From a virus (Duplodnaviria > Caudoviricetes), in the IMG/VR virus record IMGVR_UViG_3300033153_008504, positions 1 through 43,042 of that record: a DNA stretch of 43,042 nt; one strand, 5' to 3'. Below, piece by piece: positions 36,235 to 43,042 of this stretch (position 1 is the stretch's first letter; every line of letters starts with the position of its first letter). The position numbers and the translations under genes were made by a program. The notes under the pieces were generated by a model. That model was not told the DNA's origin, did no database searches, and saw only the letters and a list, made by a program, of their open reading frames with translations.

Positions 36235-37664
36235 GAAGCGTGCCTGTCGGCTCTATACACTTTAGCGTTGGTATCAGTTAAATATACAGGGGATATGTGA
36301 TGAGTTTTGGTAAAGTCATCTACTGCTTTTTTAACCTGCCTTATATGTTTGGGGTAGCCGTGAGTATTATAATCATGCCCAGATATTATACCGCCTTTTT
36401 TTACCTTTCTTTCCCAGAGAATTATATCCAGCATTACCCAGTTATATTCGTGGTTACCGTCTATATAAACAAAGTCCAAAGATTTATCTGGTATCTTGTT
36501 AAAAGCAGTTTCTGATTTTTCTTCTAACCAAACAATATCTCGCCCTTTCATTAGTTTGTGGGACATTTTCTTCATTTCGGGGTGTTCTCTGGCATATTTT
36601 TTGCCGCCAGGATAATCATAATACGGGTCAACTAAATACATCTTCAAACAGGGAATGCCCTTAAACATTAAATCACTAAACTCTCCTTTTGCCACCCCTA
36701 TTTCAGCACCAACCTTATAGCCCAGCTCTTTCCATAGTTTTACCAGCCCAATTCTGTTTAATCCTTTAATAACTCTTGGATATTCTGACGCTTGATTTAA
36801 ATTATATTTATCTAATATAAACCTGTTAGTTTTTAATCTATCCCATCTTCTGTCCCAACCTGGAATTGGCTTAAACTTCTTTAAAACCATATCAAGGGTT
36901 GGTCTTCCTTCTCCTTTAACCCAGTATTGTATGGCATATTTACGGGATTTTTTCCACTCATTGCCTGGCTTCTTATAACCTCTGTCGTTTCCTCTTTTTC
37001 CTACCCTCTTCTTTTTATGGGCATACCAAGTATTTCTATTAAGAATATATCTGCCACCTGCTTGGTAGGTTTTTAAGCATACTTCTTGGGCTTCTGCCCC
37101 CATAGTTCCATAGTTCTTGTCATCTAACCCACCTATTTTCTCAAAGAACTTTTTATGCATAAACCAGCAACTTCCTTGTGATGTCATTAAATCAATTATC
37201 TTTTGGTCTTTTGGAACTCTTGCCGAGTATTCTGCCCAGTCAACTCCTTTAAAAGTGTAATTCGGGTCTTTGGGGTGGCTTATGTATTGGAAGTCATAGT
37301 ATATTTCTTCTGGATGTTTAGTCCAATTTGCCTTATCTATCGCATATCTTCTTGGAACTATCACCCAATTTTCTTCACAGTCAGTTTTTAATTTGGTATC
37401 AAACCCTTTATCAAAGGCACAATGGGCATCGCACTTCATTAAGTATTTCCCTGTTGCCTTTTTAGCCCCCGCATTTATAGCACTTCTCATTCCTTTAACT
37501 TCTTTTCTGTGGATATTTATTACTCCTTTGGGCAACTTGGGCTTTACTTCATCTGATACCACTATTACCTCTATTTCCCCTTCGGCTTTATTTAAAAGGT
37601 CTTGCACAGTTTGTTGCAGATAAACCTCATTTCTGCTTGGTATTATTATAGATACTTTTTCCAT
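36216..37664 (-). CDS. GT-A glycosyltransferase (ppGalNAc-T-like) fused to a class I SAM methyltransferase
   Basis: VSIIIPSRNE, DAHC, QGSCWFM, TWYAH; C-terminal GAEIGVAKG, DFVYIDGNH, VKKGGIISGHDY. Confidence 0.88.
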   Translation of the reverse strand: MEKVSIIIPSRNEVYLQQTVQDLLNKAEGEIEVIVVSDEVKPKLPKGVINIHRKEVKGMRSAINAGAKKATGKYLMKCDAHCAFDKGFDTKLKTDCEENWVIVPRRYAIDKANWTKHPEEIYYDFQYISHPKDPNYTFKGVDWAEYSARVPKDQKIIDLMTSQGSCWFMHKKFFEKIGGLDDKNYGTMGAEAQEVCLKTYQAGGRYILNRNTWYAHKKKRVGKRGNDRGYKKPGNEWKKSRKYAIQYWVKGEGRPTLDMVLKKFKPIPGWDRRWDRLKTNRFILDKYNLNQASEYPRVIKGLNRIGLVKLWKELGYKVGAEIGVAKGEFSDLMFKGIPCLKMYLVDPYYDYPGGKKYAREHPEMKKMSHKLMKGRDIVWLEEKSETAFNKIPDKSLDFVYIDGNHEYNWVMLDIILWERKVKKGGIISGHDYNTHGYPKHIRQVKKAVDDFTKTHHISPVYLTDTNAKVYRADRHASWFWVK

Positions 37665-38437
37665 TTTGGTTTTATTATTTTACGATAATAATCTTCCCAG
37701 TCATCAAAGAACACTTGAACCGCTTTTTGTGCCTCTGATGTGGGGTAGTTGTGGGTTCTTGAAAAGCTGACGTGTTTGTGGGCAAACCAAGTATTCTTGT
37801 TAACTATCATTTTACCGCCTGCTTTCCAAGTTTTAAATATCATCTCGTGGCTGTCTTGTAATAAATGTCCATATTTTATATCTAACTTCTTAATAACCTT
37901 CTGCCACCAGCGTCTTCTCATAAACCAGCAAGAGCCCTGCATTCCCATTGTTTCGTCTATATTTGGGCGGTTTGGTCTTTCCCAAGACATACCCGTAAAC
38001 TTCCTGCCATTGCCTATTTTTTGTATTCCTAATCTCTCATAATCAACAGGTGGTATATCCATTACTTCCCATTTTTCGGGGTCTAAACAATATCTTCTGG
38101 GCGTTACTATCCAATTCTTTTCCATATTCTCGGTAATTATTCGGTCAAACCCTTTGGCAAATATACAATGGCTGTCTGTTCTCATTAAATATCTGCCCCT
38201 TGCCACTGATACTCCTGCATTTATTGCTTCTCTCATTCCCCTTGTTTTTCCTAAATGTAAGTATTTTACTCTCGGGTCATCTACTATCCTATCTGAACTT
38301 TCCCACCAACCATCTAAAATCGCTATAATTTCAAGTTCTGTTTCAGCGTTCTTTAATATGTCTTCAATTGTGGGTTTTAAATACTTTTCTTTATAACTTG
38401 GTATTACTATTGACAGGTTCATATTAAAATAATACAA
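37646..38437 (-). CDS. GT-A glycosyltransferase (ppGalNAc-T-like)
   Basis: LSIVIPSYKE, DSHC, QGSCWFM, TWFAH. Confidence 0.85.
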   Translation of the reverse strand: MYYFNMNLSIVIPSYKEKYLKPTIEDILKNAETELEIIAILDGWWESSDRIVDDPRVKYLHLGKTRGMREAINAGVSVARGRYLMRTDSHCIFAKGFDRIITENMEKNWIVTPRRYCLDPEKWEVMDIPPVDYERLGIQKIGNGRKFTGMSWERPNRPNIDETMGMQGSCWFMRRRWWQKVIKKLDIKYGHLLQDSHEMIFKTWKAGGKMIVNKNTWFAHKHVSFSRTHNYPTSEAQKAVQVFFDDWEDYYRKIIKPKWKKYL

Positions 38438-38468
38438 TTAAGATAGTTCATTAGAAAGGAGGTGAATT

Positions 38469-38852
38469 ATGGGTTTCCCATCCCCAAAGTCAGGAACTGT
38501 ATTCTATGAAGACGAATTGTTTTATGCTTGCCTTGCTTTTCACCCAATGTATGAAGGACATGTGATGGTAGTTGTAAAGACTAATTTTCATGATTTGAGC
38601 GAACTTCCAGAAAATATTTACTGCCGCTACATGAAACTCATATTTCGCGTTAGAAAAGCGATGCAAAAAGTTTATCAAATCGATAAAGTATATCTCTGTT
38701 ATCTTGATGAGGCAAATCATGTTCATTGTCATTTAATCCCTAGATTACTTGATGGAAGACCAATAAAAGATGGCTTCAATATGCTTTGTGATAAACACTT
38801 TGATTTAACAGACTTTTCTAAAGTTCCTCTCCTGGCTCAAGCCTTGCAATAG
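38469..38852 (+). CDS. HIT-family nucleotide hydrolase
   Basis: P...GHVMVV and HVHCHLIPR triad; strong SD AAAGGAGGTGA. Confidence 0.9.
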   Translation: MGFPSPKSGTVFYEDELFYACLAFHPMYEGHVMVVVKTNFHDLSELPENIYCRYMKLIFRVRKAMQKVYQIDKVYLCYLDEANHVHCHLIPRLLDGRPIKDGFNMLCDKHFDLTDFSKVPLLAQALQ

Positions 38853-38864
38853 CGAGGCTTTTTT
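38839..38864 (+). terminator. Intrinsic terminator of the HIT gene
   Basis: aagccttgc-aata-gcgaggctt-tttt. Confidence 0.7.
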
Positions 38865-38890
38865 AATGAAAGGGGGCAAGGAGAAACCCC

Positions 38891-39373
38891 CTATTTAGTT
38901 TCATCTTCTGTTATTAAATGTTCCATCTCTTCTGTTTTGAAATTATCCAAGATGTATTTGATAATCCTTGATGAGGAACGGAAGCGTGAACCTGGCTGTC
39001 GGTCAAGCACCACCATATCTATGTGAAGTTCTTGGCAGAGTTTAATCTCTTCTTTTAAAGTATCGTGGTTAACCTCGGAAGTCCTCACATAAATATCTGG
39101 CTTTACTAACCGAATGCCTCTTAAAGCGATATTCTTGTCTGGCTCATCGTGAACCACTATTGCCTCATCAACCGCTTTCAAATTGCTGATAACGGTTAAT
39201 CTCTCCTTTTCTGAATAAATAGGCAACGCTTTGTGTTTCTTACTTCTTATCCTCTCATCAGAGGTTATCATTACAACCAGATAATCTCCAAATGTTTTGG
39301 CTTTGTTAATAACTTCAATATGCCCCGAATGAAACATATCAAAGCTACCGCCAAATAATACTTTTTTAAACAT
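38891..39373 (-). CDS. Cytidylyltransferase/adenylyltransferase (TagD/RfaE-type); start moved to MFKKVLFGG
   Basis: GSFDMFHSGH (HxGH), K...PIYSEKER, SSSRII; SD AAGGAG upstream of 39373. Confidence 0.85.
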   Translation of the reverse strand: MFKKVLFGGSFDMFHSGHIEVINKAKTFGDYLVVMITSDERIRSKKHKALPIYSEKERLTVISNLKAVDEAIVVHDEPDKNIALRGIRLVKPDIYVRTSEVNHDTLKEEIKLCQELHIDMVVLDRQPGSRFRSSSRIIKYILDNFKTEEMEHLITEDETK

Positions 39374-39392
39374 AATTTTCTCCTTAAAAGAA

Positions 39393-40163
39393 CTATGATG
39401 TATCCACCCATAAATCCCCAACCGAAGGATTTGAGGGTTCTGTGTCTGATACGGTTATTTTCTTTGTGGGGTCTCCTATTATTCTTGTATCTATTTGTTG
39501 TTGTAAACCCATACCCAGCTTTCTGAAATCTGGCATTCCCATTATGTCCATATTCTTTTCAAAGTTCTCTGAAAAACTATCCGAGAAATTCTTTTCAACT
39601 TCTTTAACTATCTCTTTAAACTTCGGAATGTCATTTAACCTATTATACACCTCTGCGTGGCTTTCTTGCAACGCATAAAGGTCTTTTCTTAATTCGCTTA
39701 ACTTGCTTGGGTCTATTTCTTTAATTCTTTCAATGGTCTTTATAACTTTGGTAATCGGCTTTTCTTTAACTATCTGTTCAACTACTTCCCTTTTAACAAT
39801 GGTTTTAGGTGGCTTTTTTTTTAATACTTCTAATGCGTCTAATATAACTTTGTGGGAACTCCTTATTTCTTCTCTAACGCTGTCTATATCTGGCTTAATA
39901 ATTGAAATAACATCTTCTTTGACTTTATTAAAGGATTGTTCTTTCTTTTGTTCTTTTTCTTTTTTTAATTGCGTTTTTATTTCTTCATATTCGGCTATTG
40001 TTAACCCCTTTCCTCTTAACAAGGTTTCTTTAACTTCTTTTAATTTATTTTGAAAATCGGGAGTAGTTATATCTACGCCCTCTTCAATAGCTTCCTTTTC
40101 CATCTTATTTAAGATGGTCATTATCATTTTTTGGATTTTTCTAAATTCTTCTATTGAAATCAT
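39393..40163 (-). CDS. Coiled-coil protein with a C-terminal 'EPSNPSVGDLWVD' fibre-type motif; start moved to MISIEEF
   Basis: ORF track 39393..40217; the ATG at 40163 follows the HNH stop. Confidence 0.6.
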   Translation of the reverse strand: MISIEEFRKIQKMIMTILNKMEKEAIEEGVDITTPDFQNKLKEVKETLLRGKGLTIAEYEEIKTQLKKEKEQKKEQSFNKVKEDVISIIKPDIDSVREEIRSSHKVILDALEVLKKKPPKTIVKREVVEQIVKEKPITKVIKTIERIKEIDPSKLSELRKDLYALQESHAEVYNRLNDIPKFKEIVKEVEKNFSDSFSENFEKNMDIMGMPDFRKLGMGLQQQIDTRIIGDPTKKITVSDTEPSNPSVGDLWVDTS

Positions 40164-40164
40164 T

Positions 40165-40710
40165 TTAATGTCCCCAATGTATTCTATGATGACATAAAAT
40201 ACAAAGAGTAATACCATTATTAATATTATATCTTAATTCTGGATATTTAGTATATGATTTAATGTGATGCGGGTGAATTATTACTGGATTACCTTTTTTA
40301 CTTTTGTTCCCACATTCTTGGCAAGTATAATTATCTCGTTCAAAAACTAATTTACGCCATTTTCTATAGTCAATATTATTATAATGTTTATATCTTTTTA
40401 ATTTAGAAACTCCGCCTTTCCAAAAATGACTTTTTTCTCCCCGATTTGCTAATCCTATCTTTTTTTTAGTTTTCTCTGAAAGCTTCTTACCTCTTTGGCT
40501 TATCTTATTAGAAGCCCCTATCTTTTTTTTAGTTTCTTCAGAATGGTGTTTACCTTTATTCCATCCAGCCACCTTGGGTATTTTCCCAATTCTAAATAAG
40601 CTCATTTTCTCCTTTGTCTTAACTGAAAGATTCCAATGCTTTCCTTTGTTTAATCCGCAATTTACTCCTATTGTTCTTTTATAAATACCTTTTGGCATAA
40701 CTATTGACAT
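40165..40710 (-). CDS. NUMOD3 + HNH homing endonuclease
   Basis: HSEETKKKI repeats; WRKLVFERDNYTCQECG...HHIK...NGITLCILCH. Confidence 0.9.
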   Translation of the reverse strand: MSIVMPKGIYKRTIGVNCGLNKGKHWNLSVKTKEKMSLFRIGKIPKVAGWNKGKHHSEETKKKIGASNKISQRGKKLSEKTKKKIGLANRGEKSHFWKGGVSKLKRYKHYNNIDYRKWRKLVFERDNYTCQECGNKSKKGNPVIIHPHHIKSYTKYPELRYNINNGITLCILCHHRIHWGH

Positions 40711-40732
40711 GGGTCTTTGGGTATGCTAATAT
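40704..40732 (+). promoter_or_regulatory. Sigma70-type promoter, divergent from the HNH gene
   Basis: TTGACA-N17(..ggtatgc)-TAATAT. Confidence 0.65.
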
Positions 40733-40739
40733 GGAATAA

Positions 40740-41030
40740 TCTTGTTTGGGGAGATTACACCCTCAATTTAGGCATAAATATTCGGTAAACCCCTGCTTCC
40801 CAAACAAGTGGGGGTTTGACTTTTTAAATCCACTATCAGAGCCTTAGTGGTAGAGTGAGCAAGTGTAAGGATACGCCCTGAATTACAACGCACGTTTGGC
40901 AACTATACCGTGCGGCTTGCGAAGGGATGGTAAGGTTGGTTACCTTAAACACGGCGGTAAGTGAGGCGATAGCTGTTTATAAGATATGGCGTTTATAAGG
41001 ATGCTTATAAACTGATATGCTTATAAATCC
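40740..41030 (+). ncRNA. Putative structured RNA region
   Basis: Pseudoknot/terminator element 40741-40825, then ccacta/tagtgg hairpin, three-way junction gcaag..cttgc, nested tttataag/cttataaa hairpin. Confidence 0.55.
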
Positions 41031-41147
41031 ACAATTCTTCTAACATTCCCTTCTGTTATGAAGAAGTCATAACTATAACATATCTTAGTGTTTCTCTAAG
41101 AAAGTTGCTTAATACAAAATAAATCTAATTAAATCTTTAAAAGAACT

Positions 41148-41237
41148 ATGCGTGAAACTTTATATTTTATACTTTGTTCTGTGGGGGTTTTCTTATTTAT
41201 CCTTATTAGTTATCATAGTATTAAAAGCCAATTTTAA
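41148..41237 (+). CDS. 29-aa hydrophobic peptide (not in ORF track)
   Basis: MRETLYFILCSVGVFLFILISYHSIKSQF*; its stop meets the stop of the convergent large gene. Confidence 0.45.
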   Translation: MRETLYFILCSVGVFLFILISYHSIKSQF

Positions 41238-43042
41238 TAAATTCCAACTCCTTTTAAGCTTGGCATTTTTTTTGTTGGTGTTTTTAAAGAAGGCGTTCCG
41301 CTTGGTGTTGGCGATACTCTACCCTTATAAGTTTGTAGTCCCACTCCAAATATCCCCAAAACTCCTATTGGCAATAAATCTGGATTATCTTTTGCAATTT
41401 CTACTATGTCTTGTATAACCATAGGCACAAACCTTGAAGCTATCTCATCTGTTACCCTTATTGGTTCTCCCACATAATTCTGTCCTTTTAATAGGTCTGT
41501 GGCAAAGGAAAATATTGGTGCTTCTTTTCCTTCTATTTGTCTGAACAATATATCATATCTTGTTAATGGTCTATATCCTTCACCTAATGTCATTAACTTT
41601 CCTGTAGTTGAGCTAATATATTGACCACTCACCAATTGTGTTGCTGACCTAATATATTGTTGAAAACCAGCTCCGATATCTATTCTAGTATTTCCTATTT
41701 TAATTTTAGCAAAATCAGAACTCCTTGGGTCGGTTTCTACTTCTGCTCCCCCTAATTTAGCTAATGTCAAAATACTAGCTGCGACCCCACTAAAAGTCAA
41801 CAATGATTTCAATGCTTCTTTTCTAACAAATGGGTGTTGGGTTAAATAATATCCAGGGTTTAATAAAGTTAATCTTGAACTCATTAAGCGAGGTGAAAAG
41901 AAAAATGTATTTAACGCTGTGGCTGCTCTTTCCAAACTACCCAAAGAACCCCTACCTGTAGCGGCATTCACAAAGTTAGCAATTTGTTTAGTCAAATCTT
42001 TATTCGTTTTAGGGCTTAATCCTTGTTTAGTAGCTTTTGCAATTAAATCATCAAATACATCTGCTCTTAACTTATTAAGAAATGAAGTATAAGCTCTTTC
42101 AGAAGCTCTAATACCTTTTCCAATAAGTGGTATTTTCTCTGCCCAAGTTGACATAAATGCCTCTTCTCTTTTACTTAATCCCTTTCCAAGCTCGGTAATA
42201 GACAATTTAGCTTCTTTCATTAGCTTATGAGAAGGTCTTTTTATAATATCGTCTTGCAAAGATTTGAATACCTTTTCACTGGCAAAAGGTTTAAGCATTA
42301 CTTTAAACGACTGTATAAATCTTCTAGGGTGGTTTATTAGAAAAGCTCCCTGTCTAAATGGGGCAGATAAATCAAAAGAGGACAGAATAGAACGAGGAAT
42401 ATTAACAAGTTGTAATACTCCTTCTTTAAATCTTTCTAACAAAGGTCTTTTGCTTAATATGGTTTTAGTAAAATCATCTCCAAAAACATTGGTTAATAGG
42501 TTAATCTCTCCTTGGGTTGGAACCTTCCCACCAGCTTGTCCTAACATTTTAGTTAATCCTTCTCTTGCAGTTAACTTTTCCCATTCAGTTAATACTGGAT
42601 TATTCTTAACAGCAATAAATAAGTCATCTATGTTGCTTTGGGTCAATGCTGGTCTAATAGATTCAAACTGAACTTTTGGCAACTCTCCTTTTAGTGCGGC
42701 TTTCTCTGCAAAAAATCCAGCTTCTCCCTTAACTTTCTGTCCAACTTTAAGAGATTTTGCTAGTCTCTTTGCCCTTTCAGCCGCATATAAGGTTTCCTGC
42801 TTTCCTCTAATTGGTTTAGCTTTTTTTAATACTTCAACAAACTTTTTAGCTGGACTAGCTTCTTTTAACACTTTAACTGCGTCATCACTCATTCCACTTG
42901 TTGGTTGCATAAATCCTGCCACCATATTTATTGAATTCTTTTCTATTGCTTTCCCAGCAAATTCACCAGCAGCAATATCTTTTCCTGTAAGTGCTTGCCC
43001 CTTCTTCATTTTTTTATAAAGAGTAGCGTTTATTCTCCAAGC
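41234..43042 (-). CDS. 3' part of the large putative internal virion/ejection protein (starts at 354 across the origin)
   Basis: Long helical ORF; C-terminal 'DLLKGQNYVGEPI...GIFGVGLQTY' resembles large ejection/polyvalent protein tails. Confidence 0.7.
   Translation of the reverse strand, partial: AWRINATLYKKMKKGQALTGKDIAAGEFAGKAIEKNSINMVAGFMQPTSGMSDDAVKVLKEASPAKKFVEVLKKAKPIRGKQETLYAAERAKRLAKSLKVGQKVKGEAGFFAEKAALKGELPKVQFESIRPALTQSNIDDLFIAVKNNPVLTEWEKLTAREGLTKMLGQAGGKVPTQGEINLLTNVFGDDFTKTILSKRPLLERFKEGVLQLVNIPRSILSSFDLSAPFRQGAFLINHPRRFIQSFKVMLKPFASEKVFKSLQDDIIKRPSHKLMKEAKLSITELGKGLSKREEAFMSTWAEKIPLIGKGIRASERAYTSFLNKLRADVFDDLIAKATKQGLSPKTNKDLTKQIANFVNAATGRGSLGSLERAATALNTFFFSPRLMSSRLTLLNPGYYLTQHPFVRKEALKSLLTFSGVAASILTLAKLGGAEVETDPRSSDFAKIKIGNTRIDIGAGFQQYIRSATQLVSGQYISSTTGKLMTLGEGYRPLTRYDILFRQIEGKEAPIFSFATDLLKGQNYVGEPIRVTDEIASRFVPMVIQDIVEIAKDNPDLLPIGVLGIFGVGLQTYKGRVSPTPSGTPSLKTPTKKMPSLKGVGIY
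42929..43042. repeat. Terminal direct repeat, copy 2
   Basis: Identical to 1-114. Confidence 0.97.

Noticed and set aside
41152-41418. 88-aa + strand ORF from the track
   Set aside because: It has a GTG start and overlaps the convergent large gene by about 185 nt; the 29-aa ATG ORF at 41148..41237 fits the gap better.
492-42671. Most + strand ORFs in the track (e.g. 492..767, 8898..9275, 17545..17880, 39703..40053, 42264..42671)
   Set aside because: They are antisense shadows of well-supported - strand genes with F/S/L/I-rich composition and no motifs.
356-43009. Stop-codon reassignment
   Set aside because: Genes are intact and tightly packed under the standard code, with TAA, TAG and TGA all used as stops.

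Overview
The window is a complete, circularly assembled phage genome of 42,928 bp (positions 1-114 are repeated exactly at 42929-43042). It is AT-rich and almost all genes lie on the - strand. The gene order is podovirus-like: putative small terminase, large terminase, portal, scaffold, P22-coat-like major capsid, head-tail adaptor, tail nozzle, and large ejection-type proteins. It also has a lysis module, three HNH/EndoVII homing endonucleases and many small early genes. I recognise no integrase, polymerase, primase or helicase. The first candidate system is a virion glycosylation pathway spread over two clusters among the structural genes. Cluster 1 encodes NeuB/NeuA/HAD nonulosonic-acid enzymes, a radical SAM protein, DUF4910, a dehydratase, glycosyltransferases and a methyltransferase. 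Cluster 2 encodes three paralogous GT-A enzymes with polypeptide-GalNAc-transferase-like motifs. Each cluster lies shortly upstream of a protein with a very long Ser/Pro mucin-like tract. The second candidate system is a recurring non-coding architecture seen at three loci: sigma70-type promoter, a 5' segment complementary to the loop of a downstream hairpin (pseudoknot topology), further structured RNA, then a 29-41 aa single-TM peptide. A fourth copy of the RNA element precedes the lysis genes. All protein calls come from motif recognition by eye, not from database searches.
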